From contig JAUFOQ010000004.1 of NCBI GenBank assembly GCA_040285855.1, positions 1,054,001 through 1,118,000 of the forward strand: a DNA stretch of 64,000 nt, given 5' to 3'. The translations under genes and the position numbers were made by a program. The DNA is from Eukaryota sp. GEM-RC1 (Eukaryota). Under the pieces are notes generated by a model. That model ran no database searches, was not told the DNA's origin, and saw only the letters and a program-made list of their open reading frames with translations. This document shows, one piece after another, positions 1 through 12,713 of this stretch (positions within the stretch are counted from its first letter, which is position 1; the number at the start of each line of letters is the position of its first letter).

Positions 1-83
1 AGATTTCAGCCATGGTAGATTTTGAAATACCATTACGTGTCAGATATCAGTTAGGAATTTAGATAGTAATAGAAGTTTGAACA

Positions 84-1022
84 TTGCAGGTAAAATTAAA
101 CTTCTGTGGGAAACTAACGACCATGTTGAAGAATTGTTTAGAGATAGATATTATATTGATGTTCTCTTCCCACCGTCTTTTATTGAAAACAAAAGTGTTT
201 ATTGACCCTGGAAAAACAGATTTACTCTATTTTTGTTCAGAGAAAGTAAATAGGCCATTTCCCGAAAAAAAAGCACGAGAAAGAAGAGATAAAGAATACG
301 AGTGGCTAAGATTGACAGAGACAGAATGGTCCAGATGGTCAAGGGTTCATCAAAAGTTTAGAAGGGGAAAGAAAAAAGAATTCATTCTCCAAGATGGAAA
401 AACAGTTGAACAAGAAGAGTCAACATTATCCAAAGAAAATTCAAAGTCAACCGTGTATGAAACCTTCTATGACTATGTGGGTTCCAAACTTACAGTTATT
501 GAATCAACATTTGATTACCGCTGTTTGATGATATGGCGCATTCAAAAGTGCAAAGATACGTCCATATTCAAAAAACAGAAAGTAAGTTGTTGAAAAATAT
601 GACTGCAAAAGGATGGAATAAAGATGACTGTGTATTGATGTTTGGTGACAATGGTAATAAGAGGCAGAACCTAAAACACCTCCGATCAAGTAGAGGTGTT
701 GGTCGGAGAAAACTTCTTTAAGAGAAATGGTTACAATATTGTTCTTGTAGATGAGAGTTACACATCTTCAAAGTGTCCTACTTGTTGGAGACCAGTCAAA
801 GTGTTTATGGAAGTTGACAATCTAAGACCCAAAACACAAGAAGAGAAGCCTACGTTGAAGTTACATGCGTTGTTGAGATGTCAATCTGAGAAGTGCAGAG
901 AAGAATGTGATGACAAAGACAAAGTGTGGAATCGTAACAAGTTAGCATGTATCAACATCAAGACTATTGTGGAGCATCATTTGGAGCGGGGTCTAGGAGT
1001 TAGACCCAGTTATTTGTCATAG
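84..1022 (+). pseudogene. Fanzor/TnpB-family RNA-guided nuclease, frameshifted and degenerate; 5' part probably extends upstream of the window
   Basis: Three overlapping ORFs carry RuvC-I (VFIDPGKTDLLY), RuvC-II plus Zn finger (VLVDESYTSSKCPTC), a second Cys pair and RuvC-III (RCQSEKC...WNRNKLACINI), and a C-terminal RPSYLS. The expected RuvC-III Asp reads Asn. Confidence 0.85.
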
Positions 1023-1065
1023 TCATAGCCTTTATTTACTACAGTGAATCTGTAGCATTATTCAT
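989..1065 (+). ncRNA. Putative omegaRNA scaffold 3' region of the Fanzor locus
   Basis: Hairpin GGGTCTA-ggagt-TAGACCC (989-1007). Hairpin CTACAG-TGAAT-CTGTAG (1039-1055), whose loop TGAAT is complementary to ATTCA at 1060-1064 (pseudoknot). Confidence 0.5.
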
Positions 1066-1077
1066 CCGGTTGTTGAA

Positions 1078-1934
1078 ATGGATTCCCTAACCTGGATTGA
1101 ATGTGTTCAACCGCTAATCATGGGTATTGTTGACGGTGATGAAGATCTCTCTGCCTTTCTTAAGAAACATCTGCATCATACTCAAGAACTCGCTTTTCTC
1201 CCTCTTTTTCTTTGTCACAGACTTCCCTTCTTTCATTGTAATCGAAAACACTTTCTAGCAATCATTCTTGGTCTTCCTTATCACTATCGTGAAGGTGCGA
1301 CCTTCAGTTTTGCCACTCTTAAGTCCAAGTACAGAGGACTCATACGTTTTTAAAACGATCATTTAATCCATTATATTCAGATGTTCCGTTTGAACTTCGT
1401 GAGAAAATGAAGAAGTTCAACACTCAATCTGTTGATCATTTCCTATCACGAATATCTTATACTGACTCCTTTGGAAATCTATCCGTTGAGATCATATTTC
1501 GATGGTTTTTCCCTAACTTTGATGGTTCTACTCCACAACCCTCACTTGAAGAACTTACCGCAATTAATTATCTACTTAAAAGCATTAAGATGAGGACTGT
1601 ATTCAGTTTGCAAGTCCGTATTGATCGTTTTATTGGTGCTTTTATTTTGCTTTTGAAAGAACCGGTGAACAGAAAGGACGAAGTAGAGAATCAAACTACT
1701 GAAAGTGAACTGTTCAAAAGGTGGGAAGACCTTGTTAATGACCGTAACGGTAGCAGAGAATTGTTTTATGATCAAATTATTAATTTCTTGAATAAATTCG
1801 AGCATGCTATAGTGACCAGGACAGAAGCTTTTTGTTTTATGAAAGAGAGCTATGAATTACTTGTAGAGATTAGAGCTGGTTCAAGTACTTCTCATGGTTC
1901 AGCCACTGGTCTCAGCCAGAATGCTTCAGCTTAG
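1078..1934 (+). CDS. Hypothetical protein, probably one gene split by a frameshift (ORFs 1078-1353 and 1407-1934)
   Basis: Two adjacent same-strand ORFs; no recognised motif. Confidence 0.35.
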
Positions 1935-2381
1935 AACTTAATTTAATTGGTTTATGCTTGGAGCCGTACTGTTAACCAGCGACTGAATTAAAGATCAAAT
2001 TTATTCCACTCTCAGAATCGTCTTTGTTCCAGACACCAATCGTTTTTATTACTTTCTCTCTCTCTTGGTGACGTGACGAGATCCAATCACTCATATGATT
2101 CCAGACATCATTTTAAGAATCAGAAAAAGATCTCTGATATCCTAAGGACATCTATTAAGTGATGAGAGATATCTACTAGGTTTCTATAAAAGGATGATCC
2201 ATTCTACCTTTTACTTTTTAAAATTCATTGTGTAGCACTTCTAAAGAGTAATTCTCTAGAAGCTTTGTTTAATACGATATTTATTGGTCAGGGGTAATAA
2301 TTACGTTCGCGATTCAACACTTAACGGTGAATCAACACTAAAAGCTGGTTCAAGTAGACTAAAATGTTTGTAAAACCAATA

Positions 2382-2930
2382 CTACACTCTTCGAATTTCA
2401 ACATCGTCGTCTTGCTGGGTTTTAATAAATTGAATAATTTTGTTCAGATGACTCAATGAGAGACCATGATCAACAAAATTGGAGTTGTTTTTATAAACTG
2501 ACGGAAAATCATCCTCTGATGCGTTGAATTCTCCATCATTCATTTTAAACGAGGAAGGTGATGGATGATTTGAACCTAGAACGATCTTCAAAAAATAGTC
2601 AATTAGAGGCATATGGGAGTGATCGACGTTGACAAGAAACTTCTTCATCATAAAACTGATTCTAGGTTTCAAACAAAGGCTGCGAACAAACGAATCTAAG
2701 TCATCTGATTCAGAGGCAGAACGGTATGTCCGATGGTGGGGTTCGAACTGAAATCATGCCACATGAAGGACATGTCATTAGGGTCTATAGTATATGGGAT
2801 GTCGAAACCCATGTTAGATAAACAGGTTTTAGTTTCGTCGGTGTCATCGAAAAGGACTTCTAAGTGGTCGTCAGCATCAGAAAAAACTCTTAAAAAATGA
2901 AAAAAAAGTTCACATTTAAGTTGACGATAT
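2382..2930 (-). pseudogene. Decayed member of an unknown gene family, paralogous to 5832-6215
   Basis: Minus strand reads DADDHLEVLFDDTDETKTCLSNMGFDIP...HTVLPLNQMT*IRLFAAFV*, which resembles DNLELRFSTTNGPKTCLAYFGFEVP...YIVLTLTQIRMNWIRLLSAFV. Confidence 0.5.
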
Positions 2931-4041
2931 TCGGAAGTGAAAATCAGTCGAAAGTAACTGAAAGATGCAGATTTGGATCATTAGGATAACCCTCAATTCT
3001 AACGTCATTCTCATTAACTGAAATGCTAGGATTACTATTAAGTAGATGTTGTAGTTTTCCCATGTTTGCTGAGGCTGTGATATCAGAGATTTCTTCCATA
3101 AGACATGATCTAATTAGTAGTGATGATACTGTACTTTAGTTAGTGTCTGTTATTTATTTATTATTTTTGCAAATACAATACTTCACTGTATTGATCACAT
3201 ACTCTGATTTTTTACAACAAAACTCCCTATTATTAGGTTCAAAGTTTGAAGTTCACTTTCTTATATAAAGTTTTGTAGAAATACCCAGAATTGGCTACCA
3301 ATTTAAACACAGTTAGTGACATGATGGTCATTTTTTCTCAAGTTCTTGGCAGAAGCCGATCAAAACAATGATTAATTCGCCTTGAGTAAAACTGCACGAC
3401 ACAACAATTCTCAACGATTCTGTTTTGAATCGTTGTAATTGCGGATCAACTAACTTTTCAATCTGGTAGAAGTTGACAGTGTCAGGCAACACTTCAGGAT
3501 AAGCATCATGCAGTTCTTGTTCGTCCATTCTTACATGTTGATGTTAGGAACTAACCGTCCTTGGATCATCTAGAAACTTGGCGAAGAATTGCATCAACAG
3601 AAGCAATGTAATAGGTTGAAGGGAAAGACAAATCCTTCACTAACAAGTGTGGATTGAAGGAATCAATATCAAATACTCTTGTTTTATTCTTATTTTATAT
3701 AATTTTTGATGTTTCCATTTTTTTTAGCGAAAGTGTTTTAAAAGATCTGAAGAATAAACTGAATAATTAGAATCAAATTGACACTCATGGATTGACATTT
3801 GTTCAATTTGCATTTATTCGATGACGGCACTACTAGTATATGTATTGAGATGGACTGATACAGATTTTCGTTCCTTAGTACATCAACACATGTAGATAGT
3901 TGTATTCATTCTTCAAAAATGTAATCTAGAATATATTGAGGTCAATAGATTTTGGAAAAGCCCTGTCTATCGTGCCAAACGGGTGACAATCACCTAACAG
4001 TTACTAGATATTAGACAGAATTTTATATAATTACAGTACGA

Positions 4042-5206
4042 CAGGAATGTGTATCGATAAAATCTTATTGTTCGATAACGATATATCTAGTTATCGATAT
4101 CTTATCGACCCGACAATTCTGAAAGATATATTTATCGACTGTTTCCAACAATATTCCGATATATTGCGATAAATAAAGATAATTTTTGGAGACCGATTAG
4201 AACATTTTTTGGTTTCAGTGAGTGATTTCTCTGAAAAACGATTGTTTCAGTTACGTCACTTTCACTGGTCACGTGTCGGAATTAGTCTCACTGAAACTAA
4301 TTTCTAGTGAGAGTAATTGCTAATTTTTTCGCACTTGTACCAGTCTCACTAAATACACAAATCCATGACATCAATTTTTTGAAAAACCTTCTCTCTAATA
4401 CACTAGTAGGTTACCAATCTCTTTAACAATCAAACTCTGCCCTTGATACATCTGTGTTTCTTCACGATTTCTTGAAGATCAATGGTCAACTTATATCAAT
4501 GCCAAACTTTTCAGTTGGATCTGTAAGATGATCTGGGCCTTAAAGCTACAGATGAAGCTAGAACAAATAGTTTAGAGTGGTCAGAGGAATCAGATTTTCA
4601 AGTTGGTTCTTAAGTTGATCTTATCAGTAATAAAGTTCTTCTAACTATAAAACTTCATTCAATCAAATGTATTTTTGTTGCTTCTTTCTCGTTAAAAACA
4701 ACCAAAGTAGTACATATTTGGGAGGTCAAAATTGAAACTTTCATATCGGAATTTGTCTCACTGAGACTATTTTCTGATGGAACTATTTAAAGCAATCAGT
4801 ATATTTAACAATGTAGTGATGACTATTAAATGATGTTGGAGAAATTGTGTGCTGCTGCATAATTCCATCATGACCCATGAGTTGTCCAGCAAAGAACTTG
4901 AGGCAATAGGCCATGCCAAAGTTGCCAACTTCCACTTTATGCTAGCTTATTCTGCCCCCACCCCTCCAATAGCTGAGCACAGAGATACGCATGGGGCTTG
5001 GAAAATGTGTTAAGCACAGTAAACGTAGTTTGATTATTGCAGATATCTTTCATATTTATATTGTATATCATTCAATTAACGAAGATATATTTATCGATTC
5101 ATGGTGCAATAATCGATATATAAATAAGATATTTTCCCTGACAATATGTTTATCGAAGTTGCCTAATAAAAAGATAAATACAAGATATCGATAATACACA
5201 TTCCTG
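4042..5206. mobile_element. Non-autonomous hAT-type DNA transposon
   Basis: TIR begins CAGGAATGTGTAT; right end ATACACATTCCTG. Exact 8-bp TSD CAGTACGA at 4034-4041 and 5207-5214. Subterminal TATCGA(TA) repeats at both ends. Confidence 0.85.
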
Positions 5207-5831
5207 CAGTACGATTCATGACGTTTTCCCCTTCAGAACATTTAAACACTCAAAAAAAAGTACAACAAAGTTACTTTTCTAGGTGATAACATATCATTAG
5301 AAAGTAAAAACCGAGTTGATGGTCAAAACGTTTAATAACCGTTTTTATTTAAATAAACTCATCTGAGTTAAAGAAATAGGTGATACAGGAGGTGTGTTAT
5401 GTCTTCTGAAAGATCAGTTTAATCATAAATTATGTACATACTAGCATATTAAGGCAAAACTGGATATTCTACTGAAAAGTAATCAATCAAATTGTAGTTA
5501 ATGAAAGGAACGTTATTGATTTGATTGTTGATTGTTGAATCTTGCAGTGATTCAATTGTACATGCGTCAATCGATATCGATAGCTTTTCACGACCAATGG
5601 ATCAAAATTTGAGTATCATTTGAAGATTTGCTAAAACAATGGACACTGAAAAAATTAGACTTTGAGTTACTACATGTACAGTTGTTGTATGTACGCAATT
5701 GAATAATTCCAGATTAATTAACCTACGAAATCAAAAAATAAGTGAACCATTTGTCAACATCATCACATACTGTACAAGAATAGAAATTGAATCCATGAGC
5801 TGATTACATTCTAATTGCTTAGAATCAAAGA

Positions 5832-6215
5832 ATGTGTATTGTCCAACTAATGCTGAGAGCAATAATCGATCGTCAATCTAAATATCACGTCAACAACCTC
5901 CTCTTCGGACTTCGTTCTAATGCGGACAACTTAGAACTACGTTTCTCTACCACAAACGGTCCTAAAACTTGCCTGGCATACTTCGGTTTCGAAGTCCCAG
6001 ATACTGGGGTCCTAAATCTAGGTCATTTTTGTAGCAAGAATTCATTTCTATTATATACGAACTCTTCCATCAATTATATTGTTCTGACTTTGACTCAAAT
6101 TAGAATGAATTGGATTCGTTTGTTGTCAGCCTTTGTTTGTAGTCTAGTAGTGGAATCGCAACAAGATGGCTTGTTAGAACATGATGTTGTTCAAGTATTA
6201 GATGAAGGGTGGTGA
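5832..6215 (+). pseudogene. Fragment of an unknown gene family, paralogous to 2382-2930
   Basis: Shares KTCL..GF..P and IRL..AFV motifs with the minus-strand relic near 2.7 kb. Confidence 0.4.
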
Positions 6216-6734
6216 GAGAGTTGATGTTAGGTGTAGCAGTTAGTTGTATCTTTGTTAGCTGGCAGGTGAAACAGTTAAAACCATGTCAACAAATGTATTT
6301 AAACAAAAAGTTTTGTCAAAAACACATCATGTTCAGATTCGAGAAAAATAACAATATCTCATATATCTCTTTTTAATACGGATAATTCCTTTGACAACTG
6401 TTACTGATAATCAGTAAGGACCATCATTGTAACTGCATTTAGTGATACGCCCATCTTCAAACAGAATTCATAGATCTGGTGGTTGCGTTGAAGGTTCATC
6501 GTGAGGTGTCCAGTACAGATTTTGTTGGTAATTGACATGATTTAGAAACGTTATTGAATTCTATAGATCCCACTTAGTTAGTATAATAGTACTGCTACTG
6601 TACTAGGAGTAATTGAACAACTGTACAAGAATTTGAAAAGAACCTGTTTCAATTTATTTCGAAAATACAAAACTCAAAGAATACAGACATTAGTTCTGTA
6701 GACAAGTAACTAAAAAATACAAGAAAATACAAAA

Positions 6735-9700
6735 CTATCTACTTATTAGAGAATATTCAATCAAAAACACTTCTTCAATTGCCTGTGCAAAAACATTCAC
6801 ATTCATTTCAAAATTCAACTCGCTTTGTACGTTTTCAATTAAATTCTGGTTCAAACTGTCGAAATTATTAAAAATATTCAAAACTGCTTCAACATCTACA
6901 ACTAAAGGAGAAAATCCAACATTAGAAGGCTTCTTGTACGGTCTAAATTGTCTAGCATAAGAATTTGTTATACCAACAACAGGATCATGAAATAAATCAA
7001 AATTTTGGAAACATTGAGAATAGAATATTTGAAGCGCGCGTGTTATCCAAGTGAACAAAACCACTAATAGATCCATCTATATGAGCCATTACAATAGGAA
7101 ACTGTCTCGGCATCCCAGTCGACTTTCCTCTTTTGGGCACGTCATCATGATCGATTTTAAACCTGCACATTGACGTTGTTTTTGACCGTAGACAACAATC
7201 AGCCAATGGCTTCAATCGCTTTCCACCTAACCATTCTTGGGAAAACTCTAGTCCAAATACTGCTAAATTCCCTAGAATATCACTAGCGACCATTTGCAAG
7301 TCAAGTCCTTCTCTAGAAGAATCACAAGGAATACAGAACTCAGTGTTGCAGATACTAGAAAGAAAAAAAGAAGGAATCGTGAGATCTAGCTTCTACAGAC
7401 CTTGACGAGTCTCTCCATTGAACTAACTGGCAAGAATCATCAATATCACCAAAGAAAACAAAACTTTTGATTGCTGACAAATCAGTCACGTAATACCGAC
7501 AATCAAAAAACCCAATCGACTTCAATCGTCCATTCTGCAGTAAGTACTGAACAAACAGTCGCGCTCCTGCCATTGATATCAAATATCCAGGCTCCATGAT
7601 ATCTAAAGCTGCCACGTGGCCAGTTTCCTCTTTATCCCAGACAGTAACCAAACTAATACGTGATCCGAAACTTCCTTGTTGTTTTCCTTGTTGCTGAATC
7701 TGTTCCGCAGTTTCTGCTCTTAGTAAGACAATTCTACCTCTAACCCAATGCCATTCTCCCTTGATAAAGCCAGTTCCAATGCACAAGTGCTGTTTCCTGG
7801 GTCTTGGGGGTGGGATTGGACCCTCATCCACGTCACCAGTTGCCGGTCCCAGTCTGAGATCACCCACGACCATTGAGAGGATAGCTTCATCAGGTTTAAA
7901 GGGGTATCGATCGAGAAGGGAAAGAGTTTCGCCATCAATTAGATGGATTTCGTGATGACCGTCAACGAGTTCAACTGCGATTGCAAACGTGTTTGATTCT
8001 GGTAGGAATGCCACTTTGTTTGGGGTTTTAGTCAGTGGAAGTGTTCGTGAGAAGAGCTCTTGATTGAAGAGAGAACCTGTTGGGAAGGAGGTTAAGGATA
8101 GAGATTCTTCTGAGAAGAAACAAAATGAATGTGAGTTTAAAAAGGAAAGAGGTTTAAAACCGGTCACAAATGAGTTTGATAGCTTGATTGGGAAAGCTCG
8201 TGGTCTGGGAAGTGGGTAGAAAGGATTCGAACTAGAAGTAAGGATAATTACTGGTAATAGCGGTGGTGGTTGAGGAATGAAAACTCCAGAGTATGAGCCC
8301 ATTAAGTCATCAAATGGCGTGATCTGAGGAAAGTGATTACCGGTGATTGGCAAGGAGCTCAGGTCTGGTGACGTGCAGTGATTGAGGTTGAACGGAATGT
8401 GTTCTAAGAAGAAAGTTTGAGAATTTGATGAATAATGTAGCTTAAACAGTTTAAAAACTAGGGTTGAACATAGAACAACAAAATATGTAGAAGATTTTGG
8501 TCCTGAAAACAAAAATGTGGAAATAATAGGACTTTCTTTAACTGAATCAAAAGAATTAAAAATCGATTTGTTCGACAGTAAATTATTTGAATATTGAAAT
8601 ATTATTCCAAAAGGTGGGGAGGACTGGTTACAGTATGAAAGAATTACACCTGAACCATTTTGTCTTAGAAAAGATATTAGTATAGTATGGGCTGGGAGAG
8701 GTGGCACACCAAAGAACTGTGGCGGCACACCTGTTAGTGATACAATAGGAGACGTGCTGTTATCGTGATAACTTCCTATTAGAAACAATCCAGTTGTCGT
8801 GATTGAGAAAATGCTGACGTCATGTTTTGTAGTAACACAAAGAAACGTGTCTACCAAACAGGCTGATATAATTGTTTGAGAGAAATTAATTGTTTCAATT
8901 TTTAAATTTGGTGAAATTAAACGAATTTCATCAGTACATACTTGAACAACACTTTGAAAAGAAGTCATGGAACAAAAAACTGAAAAATTTGGATTAAGTA
9001 GAGGTGTTTTCTCTTCGGTAATGTTATCCTTATCCAACTTTAGAACAGAAGTTTCATTATTAACTCTTGACGTGACAACAATCAAATCTGATTGATTGAG
9101 ACGAATATGATACGAATAATCAACATTCTTCATAACTAATTCATACTTTTTTAAATTTAAATGATCATGAAGTACATATTTAGATAACAATGAAAAGTTT
9201 CCAAAATCTGCAAAACCAGAACAACAGATTGCAAACCATGGCAACCTCTCATTAATCAATGAAAAATGTTGAATGGCTCCTCCACGAGTAGGAATATGAG
9301 AAAGTCTTTCAAAGTCAACAGAAGTGACGTGTCCCATTTCAGTTTCCTCACTAGTATCAACGGAAATGGAAAGTAGTGGACAATCAGAATGAGTGGAACT
9401 AATAAACATCATTCCATCAGAATTGATTGACAAACGATTGGGAAACACAACAGGCGGTACAGGTCGCCTGTCAATCGCCAAAAGAGGCTGTACTGAAAGA
9501 TCAGAATCAATCAAAAAAAGCTTTCCATCACTAGTACATAAACAAGCTACATTAGGAAGAAAAACACTTCCCAAAGACGCCATAACACCTAGTCTTACAG
9601 TTTCTTCACCGTCAAGAGGAATCTTCTGGACTGTGACGTCAGAGACATAGACTAAACCATCAAGGGTAGTCCCAATAACTCCCCCAAGAACACATGGGCA

Positions 9701-10476
9701 AAGGTTAGTGATAGTATTAGGAAGTCCCTTTTGAGACCAAATAGGAATGAACTCTTGAGTAGAACAGATCACGTTGATTGCAGTGATTGAGAAGAGCTCA
9801 TCGGGTTCTTCAGGTGCTATTTCGCCAGGAAAACGCGGAATTACTTCATGAGTGACAACAAAGCAAGGTTGGATAAGATTGGGAAGAAACTGTATTTCCC
9901 TGCAAGTTGCACAAGTTGATTGGAGAGAGAAGTGAAATGAAGGGAAAGAGTACCTACGGCCAATGAGACCATAGCTGTTGTAAGAAGGAAGAACGTAATC
10001 GTCAGAAGAAAGGGGGACAATGGCAACGGTGTTGTCGAACAAAAGTAAAGCTATACATCGATGGTCTGGATCGACAGCTAGCTTTGGAGGTTGGTATGAA
10101 GCAGGAAGACAGGGGACGTCTTGAATTGAGTAAAGATGTTCAAATGAGTGTATTGAGATTGTGACAAGTTCAAACTGATCATTAACGCCTACTATAGAGA
10201 GCTTTGCTGATTCAAATAACAGAACAAGGGAATCAACAGCTCCATGAGGAAGTCGCAGAGACTGGATTGCAATGGGAGCTTGGGGTAGATGAAAGGATTT
10301 GATCAAGTCTAAACCGCTTCCTGATGAAGTGGAAAAGTCAAAGATGTCAAGATAACAACCACGACAACCAACAATGGTGTTTATTTTAGGAAAAGAGATG
10401 CAAAACAAGAATCTTGATAAACAGTGGGTTCTTGAAGTGGTAGTGTTGCATAAGTGTTGACAGTGGATTGAGTCAT
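6735..10476 (-). CDS. CPSF1: Cleavage and polyadenylation specificity factor 160 kDa subunit, split by several 1-nt frameshifts
   Basis: LFESAKLSIV...LVTISIHSFE, LAVDPDHRCIAL, CIGTGFIKGE..VRGRIVL, IGFFDCRYYVTDLSAIKSFVFFGDI and C-terminal ASDILGNL...GGKRL...F segments. ATG at 10476; ORFs 7355-10408, 6997-7299 and 6735-7076. Confidence 0.85.
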
Positions 10477-10749
10477 TTTATCCAAAGTCCTGGAGATCTG
10501 GTCTTTTTGGAAGAGGAGTGAAGTGTTATATTTTTACTCTTCTACACTAAACTAATTTTTTAATGTAATTTTTATTGAAATTAGTTGGCCAATAGAAGAT
10601 AAATATCGTACACAAGCATGAAGTTCATGTATGAACATCGTATGGATGGAATGAACGTCAAAGCTTTTGCTCAAAAACAATGATATATGATACTGCTCTA
10701 TTGGAAGTGGTCAAGTGATCTACATCAGTGCAAACCATTAACTTTAATC

Positions 10750-11180
10750 CATTAACAGCAGCTGAAAAGCTCAAACACTCCAAGTATGATTCTCAAGTAG
10801 AAGAATTAAATAGAAACTCATATTCCAAATTTGTGTTTCAACCTTTTGCTGTTTCTCTTTTTGGATCTATTAGTCCTGCTGGTGATCAATTTTTCAAGGA
10901 TTTTGAAGAATTGTGTAAAGAAAAGAAGCGTAAGTTTAGAATGGCTGAATGGAAAAACCGGATAGTGTTTTCCATATATCGGAATATGCCTTTCTATTTC
11001 TCTAGATTAATTGAGAAATAGTACAAGTTTGGTGTGAAGGTTAATGTTGATAAACGTAATCTTTTACCGGGTGGTGATGAAGTCGTTTGGATTTAATCTT
11101 AGTATTATTTGTTTGTTTTTACAATTTCATAGTTTGTAGGAAGGTTACCTTATTGGGTGCCGAATAAACATCTTTCTTTC
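10750..11180 (+). mobile_element. 5'-truncated non-LTR retrotransposon 3' end (RLE-type, CRE-like)
   Basis: AAEKLKHSKY...FQPFAVSLFG...WKNRIVFSIYR C-terminus. 3' end AATAAACA plus a TCTT tail. 12-bp flanking duplication TTAACTTTAATC (10738-10749 and 11181-11192). Near-identical to 35793-36342 and 24780-25950. Confidence 0.8.
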
Positions 11181-11248
11181 TTAACTTTAATCACATTAAC
11201 AGAAATTAATGAATTAGTAGATCTCAAAGAAATCCTGGAATTTTTCCA

Positions 11249-11479
11249 ATGTCAGACTCTACAAGCACTCCTTCTGATGAGGAATCTCCGCATCTAGGAT
11301 CCCCAGACCCCATAGACGAAGAGTTGTTCAATGACTTCGTCATGATTCGTAGTTCAGACGGTCATGAATTTGTTGTTCCCAAACACATAGCTGAAAAGTC
11401 AGCTGTTATTAAGAGAATGTTATCAACTGGAGGATTCCGCGAAGCTCAATCTATAATTTCTGTTCCAAAACCGAAATAA
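11249..11479 (+). CDS. Elongin C / Skp1-POZ family protein, N-terminal half only
   Basis: FVMIRSSDGHEFVVPKHIAEKSAVIKRMLSTGGFREAQ matches the elongin C N-terminus; no C-terminal half was found. Confidence 0.6.
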   Translation: MSDSTSTPSDEESPHLGSPDPIDEELFNDFVMIRSSDGHEFVVPKHIAEKSAVIKRMLSTGGFREAQSIISVPKPK

Positions 11480-11634
11480 TGTATATTTATTCAAAGAAGC
11501 AATCAATAAAAGCTGAGGTTAGATCCCAAAAATGATGGTGAATCAGGATATTAAAATGGTCGTATCAACATGAATCTTATGTCTAAAATAAGAAGAAGAA
11601 ATGCACAAACCCGCCCGACGCAAAAATCATCACT

Positions 11635-12684
11635 GGAGTACAGGATCTGAAACATACAAACTGAGGTTAGAAGAAACGGAAAAGGAAGAATCAGATATAG
11701 ATAAAGCTCTTTTAATCATTGGTAATCATAAACACGGACCAAGAGCAGTCATGATCATCATGAGAACCGAAGAAACTGAGACACACTTATAGTTATGCAA
11801 AAGCAGACATGAATTGAAGAAAAGTGCTTATGAAAAGTCAGATTTCTCATAATGCAAATCTATGTTATGTACTGTAGTAACCCTTCAAATCGATACAGCA
11901 ACCAAAAGCCAGAAATAGATGGATAAGACTGTAGATGCTAATAATAGTCTATACTCACATCATGCACACTTAATCATTTTTTGAACACACCAGCACATTC
12001 AGCGGGTTTTTGTTGACCTTTGCGGTTTTCTCGTAATTCGCAATCCTGCATTGTGATTATTTCTACTTATTAACAATTCAGTTTATGTCATGTAAATGAT
12101 TCTTGCTACTATTGTAGTAGCATCAGAAGCATAAACATCTTCGTTACAACTACTTTTTAGTGATAGCTGTAGTTTTGGTTAGTGTACATCGGTTCTTTTT
12201 TCGTTCAGGTTTTTACATGTAGGTTCATCCTTTCTTCTGTGGACTTGTATCGAACATCAAAAACACCGCAATTGTGGACATATTTGTAGGGGAACTATAC
12301 ACTTCAGTTCAACAAATCATTTCTATATATACGGGAGCTTTTCGACAGAACGAAAAAAACAACTGACAAGTATTTTGGAAAAGGGGCTGTATCTATACAC
12401 ATTTATTTAGGCGAATGCCGTAAACAGCAAACAATGTTGACACACTATACTGATACGGATGTTGAAAGAGTCTCCACAGGAGTACAGGGTCTGAAACATA
12501 CAAACTGAGGTTAGAAGAAATGGAAAAGGAAGAATCAGATATAGATAAAGCTCTTTTAATCATTGGTAATCATAAACACGGACCAAGAGCAGTCATGATC
12601 ATCATGAGAACCGAAGAAACTGTAACACACTAATAGTTATGCAAAAGCAGACATGAATTGAAGATAAGTCCTCTTGAAAAGTCA
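11635..12684. repeat. ~205-bp direct repeat pair (11635-11840 and 12479-12684)
   Basis: Near-identical GGAGTACAGG.TCTGAAACATACAAACTGAGG...GCAAAAGCAGACATGAATTGAAG...TGAAAAGTCA. Confidence 0.85.
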
Positions 12685-12713
12685 ATTCTCACTCAACCTC
12701 ATATTGCCCCAAA

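Noticed and set aside
2382..2930. Stop-codon reassignment (TAG/TGA at W/C positions)
   Set aside because: Conserved genes end normally in TAA, TAG or TGA and have no in-frame stops, apart from the SECIS-dependent UGA in TrxR. This is a pseudogene.
11635..12684. LTR retrotransposon
   Set aside because: No TG...CA termini, PBS, PPT, TSD or gag/pol coding sequence were found.
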